The translations under genes were made by a program, and so were the position numbers. A DNA stretch of 64,000 nt, taken from positions 4,030,001 to 4,094,000 of the forward strand of contig CM022679.1 of the NCBI GenBank assembly GCA_012295275.1, written 5' to 3'. Below, in pieces: positions 45,268 to 57,676 of the stretch. The notes beneath the pieces are model-generated. The model did not search any database. It worked only from the letters and a program-made list of their open reading frames with translations, and was not told the DNA's origin. Source of the stretch: Chrysomallon squamiferum. Its lineage: Eukaryota; Animalia; Mollusca. How positions within the stretch are numbered: position 1 is the stretch's first letter; every line of letters starts with the position of its first letter.

Positions 45268-46171
45268 TTAACCCTTTCAGTGCCGTGTCTTCTAGTGAAT
45301 GTACTGCTTTCATACATTCAGTCTTTTCGCTTGTAACAGTAACATAGTCGTGTCAGAAAATGCTTCAAGCTAGCACGTTATATTTATTACAGACATAGTT
45401 AAAAACATGGTGCAAATTTTCTTTGAAATAATGAAAATATTTCATCACAGAGCAAATACATTTTGACAAATAATCCGACACCTAGATACGTTTTTATGTT
45501 TAAGCAAAACAAAGAAGACAATTGTCACGAAAAAACACTGGTAAAAATAAAATAAATATTCACTGAAATATTTTTTTCATGCTCGTAAACTAATTGCTAT
45601 ATTAAATTTTTGAAGAAAACAAAATGAAAATTTTATTTATTTATATTTTTTGTTTAACTCAGTTCCTAACCAAAAAGTGCACCTGTTGCAAACTTTCGTA
45701 AGTCGCTGCTTTATAAAACAAACAGCCTCGTTAAATTTTCTATGCTTTACGTTGTTGACCGATCTTTAATAATAATAAAGTTTAAAAACGATACAAGTTA
45801 TCTCTAATTGATGCAATTTTCGTTTTCTATCGTAAAAAAAAAAAAAAGAAATATAAAGAAGAAAAAAGAATATAGGAAAAGAAGATGAAGAATAAGAAGA
45901 AATCAATAAACTTTGAGATATTGCAGCTTTACTCACTGCGTATGTGTGTGTGCGTGCGTATATATATATATATATATTTTTTATTTCTGCATAATATGTG
46001 ACGTAACAAAAAAAACAAAAAAAACACCTCAGCGTTAGTGAATCGTTATTGATTTACTCCACTTTGGTGATACTTAATTTCTGGGTAAAATTGTTGGCAA
46101 AGATGTTTATATTTTTAGGCTATTTGTTAACATCACTGTACACGTTTGAAGTAAAGCACTGAAAAGGTTAA
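45268..46171. mobile_element. Non-autonomous piggyBac-type DNA transposon (MITE), about 900 bp
   Basis: Left end TTAA|CCCTTTCAGTGC (45268-45283) and right end GCACTGAAAAGG|TTAA (46156-46171) form 12-bp terminal inverted repeats with one mismatch, start with CC(C/T) and are flanked by TTAA on both sides, the piggyBac target-site signature. There is no transposase ORF inside. Confidence 0.7.
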
Positions 46172-49132
46172 AAAAAAAACGTTTTCCTTTCTCAATTCCC
46201 TGTCGATGGTTATTGCATATATTTTAATTGATCTTTGACACCGACATTGTAATCTGAAGGTGTATCAACACTGGTCTAAGTATAGTGAAGTACAAAAGAA
46301 AATCACCGCTATTTGCAGGATTGAAAACTAGTGAAGTCGAAGTGCACACAAAAAAAAAAAAAAAAAAATACAGATATCACGATGTGAATGTTGTACTTTT
46401 TCGACATTCCTGTTTGTATTGCACATTTGTTTTATTCTTTACATATCATACAAATTTAGCTTTTAGTAAATACTTAATTAATTTTGTTATATGTTAATCA
46501 GTCTTTTATACATGATAACTATTTGAAACTGTCTTAGCGAAAGAAACTTTCTTTAACATTTCACGACATGCATGACTTCATCCAGTTAACATCTTGATCA
46601 AATAGTAATCGAGATAAAATATACATATTGAAAATTCTTGACGTCTATATTTTGAAACTGGTTTTGAAGTCTTTCACCGAAGTGACTGTTCGTTAACATT
46701 AACCGTTTTTGTTCTTTGAAAACTAAATTATTTTCAAAACCAAAAACGTAATGGAAATTGCTTACAGTGCCAGTCCGAGGTTCAGAATTATTTGACTGTT
46801 TCTTTGCGTAAAACGTGTCTAATAATGGTTCCTACTCGAAAACAAGTAACTAATAACAACAATAACAAACATAACAATTGATTTATAACATCACATTTGA
46901 AACTATTTAACAAGATGTGAAAATAATACATAAGTTAAATCTGCAGAGTATTTTACAGGTGTGATTTTTCTAACAAATGTACTGATATATTAAACATTTT
47001 ATACAACAATCTGTTTAAAAAAAAAAAAAAAAAAAAAAAAACAACAACAAATAAAACAAAATAAGTAAATAATAAAAAATACCACCTCCCTTAGCCCGCC
47101 TAAAAAAAAAAAAAAAAAAATAAAGGAGATAAAATAATAATGATAATTATAAATATAATAATCATCATAATCTCGTTGCTATGTGGCGAAAAAGAAGTAA
47201 AAAAAAATCCTTTAATTTGTTAAGTAAGAATAATGTAGGGAATCAACATTTTAATTACTATACAGTTAATTACTGCCAGTAACTTTCCATCAATCATAGC
47301 CCAACATTCATTTGTCTTGACAGAACAATATTTTACCTTTGACACACGTAGAACATCCTGAATAATAACATGACATTTAATTTTCATTTAAATATATTAA
47401 CCAAACATTAATTATATTGTAAAGAATATTTAAATTGTGTTTTTAATTATCATTAACTTTATTTATTTCATAAACATACTTCATATGTATTTTTGGTAAT
47501 TTTTCTTTCTTTCTTTTTTTTTTTTTTTTTTTTTAACATGTGTAATAATGAGTATTCTGAAAAAAAAAAAATTATTGGTAATACGAACAAAACAGCTTTT
47601 GTAAATTTAATTTCAAATTGATTTCAAACATTTTATTTGATTGTGGAATATTAAAAAAACATTATTATATCCTTTGTATACGCATAATCGTATTCAAATA
47701 ACTGTAGACTGAAAATACTTATACTGTGACTTAGTTATTAATAAAGGCTACTGTTCAGAAACAAACATAGTAAACACATTGAAATTGCATTCGAACACGG
47801 ATATATTTTAACAGTTCTCTAATATGTTAGCGAAATTCGGAATTTGTGTGCAAAATTGTGCTCTGCCATCTGAGATATCATCTAGAATAATAAACACAGA
47901 ATATTTAATTATATACATGTATATATACAGTGACAAGTAGGTAAATCAACATAACAATAGATCGTTTGTATACTAACAAAAACATGTAATGAAAGCTTTT
48001 CTGGGTTTGTAACAAATGCATGCCCCACATTAAAAACTCAATATATTTATATATATATATACAAATTAAATTTATTGTATTTATAGTGACCAGCATTGTG
48101 ACCATTATTACCGAAAATGATAAAGAAAGAATTGTCATAATTATATTGTGTTTGTGTGTGTGTGTGTGTATATACGTGTGTCTGTATATGTGTCTGTAAG
48201 TGGTTGAATATGTATGTGTCATATAGTGAAACTAAGCCATTTAATGTATGTCCCAAGTTATGTGCATATAATACAAAGTTTTCGAATAAGATAAAGTGTC
48301 TATATTAAACCACCGATAAATTCCATTGCAACTAGACCATTTGCACCTGGTCACAAACTGAGAGAAAAAACACATAGCTTTGTTAAGATGAATTCGTAAA
48401 ACTAATCTTAGACTTTGTGCGGTCGAGGGTAAGACGTTAAGTGTAAACCATCCAGCAATGTCCTTTCGTCGGCTGTTCTAAAAGTCGAGGCCTGTTTTCT
48501 GAGCTACATTATATAGTCTGTTGTTTAAGAACATTCTTCAACTCCTTGGAATTAGCACTTGGTAATCTTGGTTGCATATTCATTCACATGTTATAGGCCA
48601 CGCTGCCGGACAGTCATTGTCTGTAGCAATTTTGTAACGTTTTTATTTCGTGTGAATGGCTGTGAGTATTTTCTGTGTAAGATGTTTCAAGTTTTAATAT
48701 TTTAAATAACTATCGTGATGCTGTCTTCAGAAACGCAATTGTTGGAAGTAATTGTTTGTTAAGCAAAATTCTTCAAACTCACGTAGAAATTGAAAAATGT
48801 ACTTGAGTGCATTCATTATAAGTTTATAATCAAAGAACAATGAAAGAAATATTTTATATTTTCAAAAGTTACGGTTCTTTTTACATAAAAATTCAGTAAG
48901 TCGAAAACGACTAATACCAAACAGTTCTTTTCTAAGCGTTGTTCGTTCCTTTATAATACGTCATCTGTATGCAATAATCTAAAAGTGAAAAACAAATAAT
49001 ATGAAACATCTTTATGTTCAAAGCTTTAGTGTTACTTTTTCTTTGCAGATGGTTTTTCTTTTTTAAAACATAACATTCTACAAGTTGAAAAAAAAGAGTA
49101 ATATCAAACGCTTATTTATCTCCGCAATGATT

Positions 49133-51438
49133 TTAGTTTGTTTTAACCGCGGCTCCGTCTTCTCCTTTTGGTGTTAGATCGGCCAAGAAGATAACGCCTA
49201 ATCCTACTATATTGACCAGGAGATAGAAAATAAAGATAAGTCTGTCGGTGACACAGGCAATGATTCTCCATTCACGCACGTATTTTTCCTTCTCTTCCAC
49301 CTTGGCCTTCTTCTCCTTCACTTTCTCCAACATGTCTCGAATGGCCCGCACTTCGTCGAGAATCTGCCCGGAACCCCCGCCCGCCCCGTTTCTGAACTGA
49401 GTGTTAAAATCCTCGCCAATCTGCTGGGCCGGAACGCCAGGCTCGGCGAATTCCTGGTTTGCGCATTTGGCGTCGGTTCCGTTGTCAAGCAGCCTCACTT
49501 GCGCAAACCGGATGTCGGTGTACGGGTACTGTCCCTTGGTCTCGCCGATCACCCGCCCAGAGCTCCAGGTCTTTTTCGGCGTAGGCGGGGAACATTCGGG
49601 TTCGACGATCTTCGATCTGATGCAAAGTGCTCTTGCTGCCCCGTCGATGATAATCTGGTGGTAAAAAAAACAACAAGGAATAAAACTGATTCTGTTTTAC
49701 TAATTAGATACAGTTTGAAGCCTGAAAATAATAACTTCCGCGATAATTTATTAATGTTTATTATATGTATAACTACAGTATATTGTATCTTTTGTTATCT
49801 AGGTTTCACCTTCTGTTCTCATTGGCATAGTATCATATCAAATCCCAGCATATTATGTGGTATCATTTATCACAACAATTCAAGTAATTCTTTCTTTTTC
49901 TTTCTTTTTGGTCTTTCTCATTTACATCATAATTGTATTTTCAAAATGATGAAAATAATATGATGCACAACACACATATCAAATTATGTCGTATCATGAT
50001 ATGTTAGATAATATAATGTCATATCATATCAGGTATTACATCAAATATCATATTTCATACCTGGAATGACATCATATTATTACATCATATATCGTATGTG
50101 AATCGCAAGTGAAAGTGAAAGTGAAAGTACTGTAGGCAGATTTACCCTTCTCAACCACTTTGGTGCTCTGTTGATCATCACTCCTCGGAAAAACATGTTG
50201 GCGACCATGCAGGACAGAACCGTCGACATCGTAATCATGACCATGTTCAGACAGAAGTAAGCACCTGCAAAATACACAGGTTCCTCTTGTGATAAAACAT
50301 AAGTAAAGAAACAAACACTAATTGTACAGTCAAAGCGGATCCAGGATATTCAGTAGGAGGAGGTCAGGCAGTCTATGTAATCTGTGTTCACTTGCATAAA
50401 AATGACATGAATTTTACTGAATTTAATGATGGATTTTATTTTTTAAACAATTTAAAATGATCATAAAAATATGTATAAAAAAATTGCTTTTAGTGATAAA
50501 AATAGTAAATTTTAGCGTGGTTTTTTTTTATGCAGACACCTCAACCCCCTCTCTAAATCCCCGCCCAGTTCAACAGGGGTGATGCTGCAGTGTCCTACTA
50601 CATCTTCTGAAGAGTTTACAGGACACAGTTTCAGCTTTTACTTCTCTTCCTACAACAAAATGTGTGTGCAGAGTTTATTAAAAACGAATTAAATTTAAAC
50701 ATAAACCAAACATAATGGACTTTAGAGAAAACATGCTTAACTAGACAGGTGGTCGGTGTAAGCAAGTGGCCTAGATTCTTACTGAAGGTGGTATGTGTGA
50801 ATAGGTGAGACAGAAAAATAAATACACAGAAACACGTCTATATGTACTGTCAGAATAAGAACAGTCATCTCTGTATAACAATTGAAATTTAATTATTTAA
50901 TCATTCTCATACGGTTATCTTACTTACCAAATGTAATTAATAACCCGAAACTTTGTGTTCTTTTGTAAATCGAGGCTGGTATGTATATCAAGCAAGTACA
51001 CAAAATACTACATGTCTAATCTTATATCCATTTCATTATTATTATTTTTTTTTTAAATGAAATTTAGACGGATTTGAAAAATTAGAACACACTAAGTACC
51101 TGAAGCAAAAAAATTGGTATTTCAAAAATATAATTTTCATTTGATTTAAATGGTAATTAATTAATTTATTTTTATTTATTATATTTATAACAACATTGAG
51201 GTCGAAAAGCATATAAGTGATCAGTTATTAGAAAACTGTTGTAGCATTGAGTGTAAATACAAGTCGATACAACGACGACGATGACAACGACAATACTGAA
51301 GGTGTTGAATACACACATACACATAAATAAAATTAAATAAATGAAAGAATCACAAGTAGTTAGAAGATTCACTTCTTTTTATTGGGGAACGAATAATAGA
51401 TACAATGATGCATTAATTATTTTTAATAGAAGAAATGA

Positions 51439-51524
<86 letters not shown>

Positions 51525-51542
51525 TGATTATGATGATGATGA

Positions 51543-51573
<31 letters not shown>

Positions 51574-53582
51574 AAGAAGAAGAAGAAGAAAAGGTTGTAT
51601 TATTATTATTATTATAGTAATAGTAATAATAGCAGTATTTTTGTGGTGGTGGTAATAATCGTTGTAATCCATTGTCATCATCATCTTTATAATAATAATT
51701 AAACAATGTAATAATAAAAAAATAATAAAGTAAAATAATTAATTCTTGGCTCGCCACTGGATAAACTGCTATTAGATGAGTAATGAACCTATTAAAATTG
51801 TTGTTTTCTACACTAAAATAACGACATTTTTTCAAATTAGATTAAGATGACAAAAACAGGGTCTTCTAATATTTTATATTTTCAAGTGTCTGTGAAAAAC
51901 TTTGTTAAGCTGTGATATTCTGTACCCATTAATCATGGTCTATTTAAGTAAGAATAAAAATTAATTTATTAAGACAAATTTTAACTTGTTTTCGTCTAAA
52001 ACTATCCGTCGATTAAGCAACTAAAACAAACCCAAAATAACAACAGCAGTAACAACGTACAGACATATATAGATATAAGCTTACTCTCAAAACCCACTGA
52101 CGAAAAACAGACACAAACACACACACAGACAGACAACACCGTAAACATAATTTATAATATCAGACGTAATGACATCAAGAATAACAACAATAATATCAAA
52201 CGAGAAATAAAAAACAAACTTCAACATAAAGAATGAAATGAAAGTAAACAAATATATCTCCTGTTGTTATTATTATTATTATTTTTTTAATGAAAATTTA
52301 CAATATTTTGTTTAATGTCGGCAAATACAAAGTGTTATGTATTATTAAACTGCATAATCATTTTATGTAATATTTTCCAAAGATATAATTTCAATAATTT
52401 AATTTATATTTTTTATTTACGTTTGTTTTGCGCAGCATATTTGAAAAAAAAGAAAAAAAAAGAGCATAAAACAGCGTAACTGACAGAAGAAAATACAAAA
52501 AGCTTACAAACACTGATGCTAAACAAAAAACAGATAGAAAAGACAAATAAAACACAAAGACAAACAGACACACAGACACAAAGAAAACAAACGTTACGTA
52601 TCTGCACCCCATTTGTAATGTAGACTTGGTCTTATTTTTTATATAAATATTAAATGCAGTTTTGAAAAATCGCTTAAAAATCATCTTAATACTAAATATA
52701 TGATAAACGTTAATTTAATCATTTGTTGTAATACTAGCTCGATTTAAAATTTACTATACTTATTATTTCGTTTCTTTTCTAGACATTTTTTTTTTACCAC
52801 TTATTCGATTTTACATTTTTAAATACGACTTTCTAGACCAGATTCATGGGTACATGATATTACAGCCTTCTTCTGACATGATATTACAGTTTCTAACGAT
52901 ATCATCCGTTACCTTTTGACATTTGAATAATCATGTCACCCCTTTTGGTTTTACTTACTCATAAAACCAGTGCTTATTACAAAAGGGGTGCCAAAACACT
53001 GATAATTTCATCCACTAACCAATTAGCGGTATCGAGTAGGCCGACTTTGGGGTGGACTCCGCCAGCAGAAGTAAAAGCAGAAAGAATGCCAGGAAAATGT
53101 TCATACCTGGTAACAAGAAGAGAAATGTTATGGTAAAGTGTAAACAAGTTGTTGAGATAGTAGTATCTGAACTCACCAATCAGAGGGATCGAGTCTGCAG
53201 CTTTAGGAGTGGATTCCGCCAATAAGAGCAGCAACACAAAGAAGGCCAAGAATATGTTCATACCTATCACAAAAAGTGAGATAAATACATGTATATATTA
53301 CTTGTATATATGTCACAGTAGGTTCATACCTGTTACAAAAGTTAAGTAAATACATGTATATTACTTATTTGTGCACAACACAGTGTGTTCATGCCTAGTG
53401 AGAATTAGATGTAGGCCTATGTTATTGGAATATATATAAAAAAAAAAAAAAAAATCAAGTTCATACCTGTTCAAAGTAAAAATGTTTGTATTATATATCC
53501 GAGTCCTGTGAAACGGGAAAATATATTGTTTTATAGTCTGATAATTGTAATACAGATAAATAAAATTAGTAATGACTGTCTC

Positions 53583-53617
<35 letters not shown>

Positions 53618-53667
53618 CTATATCTCTATATCTCTCTATCTATGTCTATATCTCTATCTACCTATCA

Positions 53668-53741
<74 letters not shown>

Positions 53742-56700
53742 CTATATCTCTATCTACCTATCTATCTCTATCAATCTATCTATCTGTTTGTTTGTCTGTC
53801 TGTCTGTCTCCCTTTCTCACATGTTTATGCCACATTCAGTTTGCCTTCAGATCTCTCTCTCTCTCTCTCCTGAGATATTATATCTATTTATCGCCACATA
53901 ATTTTTTTTATAGTTATCTGTATGTATCTCACAAGCATTATGTCACATATAATTAAATGCTATTTCTATTAGCGAATTTCCCGATACACTTTTTGTAACA
54001 TGGGTTTCAAATGTCTTAAAATGTAATGTCCTAAACAAAAAAATAACTTTTCGCTTTCACATTCAGATATTTTTTATCTGCAGAATTCTGAATTCTGAAA
54101 CGTCTGTTATTTTTATCCTGCGATTATTTTGCAATTTACTGGTTAGATACAATTGTTAAATTAATTTGTATGATTCCTATTCGGGAAAGTAATCAGCTAT
54201 TTTTTTTTTATATTTGTAATAAACTCTTTTATTTAAATTATTTAGGTTCTAGGTGATGGTTCTGACTTATTAAATTTATTTTATAAAAAAAAAAAAAAAA
54301 TAATAAAAAAAATTAAATAAAAAATATTATTCAGTTTTGGTGTGTAACTCTGAAGACAACAATCAATATAACTGTGGAAGAACTGTTAACGCTGTGAAAT
54401 AAAATAGATCCAATTAATTTAGTTTTCGTATTACGGCGGATTACCAGATAATCATCATAAAAAGATATTGTCTTAAGTTGTCGACTGTTTCTAGCTCAGA
54501 TCGAATATTATTCTAACCTTCAAAGGATAAAACCACTCCATGATGAAATGGAAGTATGAAAATATGTTTTGTTCAGCAACACAAATCAATCAACGATTAC
54601 CCGACTTTATTCAGGTTTTTTTTACAAAATTCAGAGATGTGTGTAGAAGAATCCCACTGTTACTGATATCAGCTGACTATTCTTTGTCGATCAGCGGAAA
54701 GGGATCTTAAGTATTCACCTACTCATAGGTTGGAAAGCACATGCCACAATTCTGGTTTGAACTGGAAATGGCCCAGTAAGCTCACTCTTGCAGTATAAAG
54801 ATTCTAAGAATGACTCAGCAAGATGTACATTTCTGAACCATACATTGATATAAACACGGTTCAAAGAATTATGTAAAATAAAACTCTGCATTGTGTTTAG
54901 TTTAAGTATGGACAAAGATAAATAAAAAAATCACAGGGAATTATTATTTTCTAAAATATCGGCTTTATTCATCTCATGTCTAATGTCACCTTTCATAGCA
55001 TCTTGGGATAATGTCGAATAAAAACGTGTTTTGGTGTTTTGTTATTTTTTTAATATAATAATGTAACAGTCATAATGACCTGGTGAAAATTAAATCGGTC
55101 ATCAACTGAAGTTCAAAAAAGTTTATATCGATTCGTGATCTATGAGCTAGGTTGACTAACACCTAAAAAGTGTAACAGATAGAAAGTCAAAATTAATTGT
55201 TGGTAAAAATCTGTTCTGCAAAGTAACTGCTGAAGGTTAATGCTAGTGGTTCATCCTCTGAAGATTAAAATAATATTCAACCACTAATAATAATATGTTT
55301 TACACAAAGTCAATATCTTGAGGCAGTAACCAGTTTTACCGAATGCATTTTGTTTTGGTATTAAATCACAAACATGTTTGATTTCATGATGGTCATAACA
55401 ACCTAAAGGAAAACGTAAATGCAGTTCGTTTAAAATTCTATCCTCGGTTTAATTCTAAAAATAATCAGACGCCGTCAACTTGTCACCTGCCGAGGTTTCT
55501 CTCGAGATTACCTTCTTTTCAAAACATTAAAACAAACTAAAACATGGAGAGAGAAAAAAGAGTAAATTTTACACATGTCCGGAAGATGTAATGGATTTGG
55601 TGTTAAAGCCAAATGCGTAATTATTTGAATGTTCTGCATGTTAAAGTGCCCAGTCGATACGTCCTGCTTTAAAACTGCAACAAATGTAAGAGTGAGTGTA
55701 AAACAGACTCATCAAATTGACCATGGGATGACAAGCAGAGTGAGTGTTTTTCTCGCTGTTACCAAGTTGTTGTTTTCTCGCATGTATTTAGTTTTAGTGT
55801 AATGAAGTGAAAGCTTTCATTTGCCGCTGGTGTCAGTTGTACATTAGTTCTGTCGTTGCTGATACATCGTGCGCCATCAACCAAGAAGAATGTTAGGATT
55901 TAGATTTAACGAAAACAAGATGGCTTATTTTCTAAACAGTGATCGTTATCATCAACGCATTTTATTATATTTATTCAACTACAATGCATTCATTTGAGAA
56001 AAAAAATTCTTAATTCAGTACTCTAAAGGCTTTTATTAAAATTATTATTTTGGATTTTTTTTCCTGTTCGGTGCTTGACGCATTTTCAACGTCTACAACT
56101 TGTTCCAGTCGTAAAAATATTCAAGTGTCTTTTTATATGTATACAGTTTAATGAACAAAAATATATATATTTTACAGTCTTCATCGCAAAAGAATTATTT
56201 TATTATATTTAGGAAGGCTGCGCCAATGATATAGTGACAGATCTGCGCAAAGCTAAAGGGAGCACACTGTACATGATAAAAAGAGATATTCTCTAGCAGA
56301 ATCGTTAAAACCCGATACTTTTAGTTTATTCACGTCACATACCTAATATTAACTTTGCTGGCGATTCTGGGGGCACCCAGAAGATGACCAAAGTCAGAAG
56401 AGACAGCAGTGCGCATGGCATGATCAGGATGAACGTGTAGAACGCCACCTTCCGTTTGATTCTCAGTTTGAACGTGATGTCTGGGTAGGGCTCCGGGCAG
56501 CAGGAGTACCTCTCTTCGTGCCTCACTCCAGTGTTCTCGATGATGTCCCATTCATTGCTTTTTATGTATTCGTTCAGGTTCATGGCTTGGTTGTCCGGCA
56601 AGAAGTGGATGTCCAGCTTGAATCCGTCGTATGTCCACGAGCCGAATTTCAGTGTACACATCTGTTCGTCGAATGGAAAATAAAGAGTGTCGAACGAACA

Positions 56701-56797
56701 AGAGCTTCGCAAGATTGCCTGAGGCATCCATAGACACTGCCCGTTGGACTGAACAACAACAAGAGCATCTCTCTGTTCACGTAATCTGTCGTCGGCA
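49133..56797 (-). CDS. Nicotinic acetylcholine receptor alpha-type subunit (Cys-loop ligand-gated channel), predicted anion-selective; 5'-partial
   Basis: Exon 56343-56797 encodes the Cys loop CSFDTLYFPFDEQMC, loop B WTYDG, loop C YSCCPEPY with vicinal cysteines, M1 and PPESPAKLIL. The M2 exon is 53177-53263 or 53020-53106. Exon 50146-50264 encodes M3 (GAYFCLNMVMITMSTVLSCMVANM) and exon 49133-49654 the intracellular loop, 'EWRIIACVTDRLIF' M4 and TAA. All junctions are GT-AG and in phase. No signal-peptide or N-terminal ECD exons were recognised in 56800-64000. Confidence 0.95.
51439..51590. repeat. Compound (AAT)n(GAT)n(AAG)n microsatellite in nAChR intron
   Basis: Directly visible. Confidence 0.93.
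53020..53106 (-). CDS. nAChR M2 exon, variant B (87 nt): (G)MNIFLAFFLLLLLLAESTPKSAYSIPLI(G)
   Basis: Acceptor ttctcttcttgttaccAG at 53107-53108, donor GTTAGT at 53014-53019, the same length and phase as variant A, no stop codons, and differences mostly at synonymous sites. Confidence 0.88.
53177..53263 (-). CDS. nAChR M2 exon, variant A (87 nt): (G)MNIFLAFFVLLLLLAESTPKAADSIPLI(G)
   Basis: Acceptor ...gtgatAG at 53264-53265, donor GTGAGT at 53171-53176, phase 1-1, and it joins the M1 and M3 exons in frame. Confidence 0.92.
53255..53490. repeat. Degenerate tandem repeat (65-72 bp) of the nAChR M2-exon acceptor and exon start
   Basis: Plus-strand GTTCAT(A/G)CCT recurs with the minus-strand AG at 53264/5 (real), 53330/1, 53395/6 and 53467/8. 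The first two units also share 'taaatacatgtat..tattactt'. Confidence 0.75.
53580..53808. repeat. (CTAT)n microsatellite in nAChR intron
   Basis: Directly visible. Confidence 0.93.
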
Positions 56798-56895
56798 CTG
56801 AAATGTAAGAACAATAACGTTTACTTCTGAGATGATTGGCAAACAATAACAACAACCTCCCCCCTCAAAAACAACAACAATAAAAAAAAAAAAAA

Positions 56896-56934
<39 letters not shown>

Positions 56935-57122
56935 AACAACACCAGAAAACAAAGAGCTACTGAAAATATGAAACTTATGTTATTTATTTTCATCCATTAA
57001 CAACCCATTCTTCCATCCAGCTTTACATCCACGACACACATTTCCTGTTTATAAACAGTCAAAGGAGAGAGAACAAAAAGAAAATGAAAGTCAGTGGAAA
57101 AGAAAGATAAAAAGTAATACAC

Positions 57123-57127
<5 letters not shown>

Positions 57128-57209
<82 letters not shown>
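57128..57209. repeat. (GA)n microsatellite
   Basis: Directly visible. Confidence 0.95.
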
Positions 57210-57211
<2 letters not shown>

Positions 57212-57676
57212 GTTTATTTCATACAAACTGACATTGCGAACAATTTATTTATCACTAATAAATGTATCTCTTTTACGTGTTTATCACTTTCATCTTAATT
57301 CTACAAGCTCTCATCCAGATTCTCACTGAAGATCATCAAACACCTTCGCAGGAAGACGTCATCAAACTAACAACTCACATACACCCAATCCCCCCGCCGC
57401 CACACACACACACGCGTCGCGAATTAACCCTTTCCACGCCAAAGTCACGTTCAGCACATCTGTAAATAGCCAAGCGAAAACGAGCATGTGGTAACAGAAT
57501 CTGGCGAAGCGTGATCGGCCTCGAGAACAACCATGCAAAAAGCGTCCCGCTGCAATCCCTTAATCTCACAGCTATTTCTCAAGACACACTTCGGGCTACG
57601 TTTCGCCGCTCGGTGGCGCGCTTGTACATTTACACCCCGTTTCTTCTGCGGTTACCAAAGTAATGGAATCGGCGGC

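Noticed and set aside
49401-49963. Plus-strand ORFs over the last nAChR exon (also 56518-56733)
   Set aside because: Antisense shadows of GC-rich coding exons with no independent evidence.
54715-54835. Possible extra cassette exon in the M1-M2 intron (cag...gtgaat)
   Set aside because: It has an in-frame TAG in the required phase and no similarity to M2.
57375-57569. ORF that could splice in frame to the nAChR ligand-binding exon as an alternative N-terminus
   Set aside because: It begins at GTG with an in-frame TGA just upstream, has no ATG or signal peptide, and includes simple repeat.
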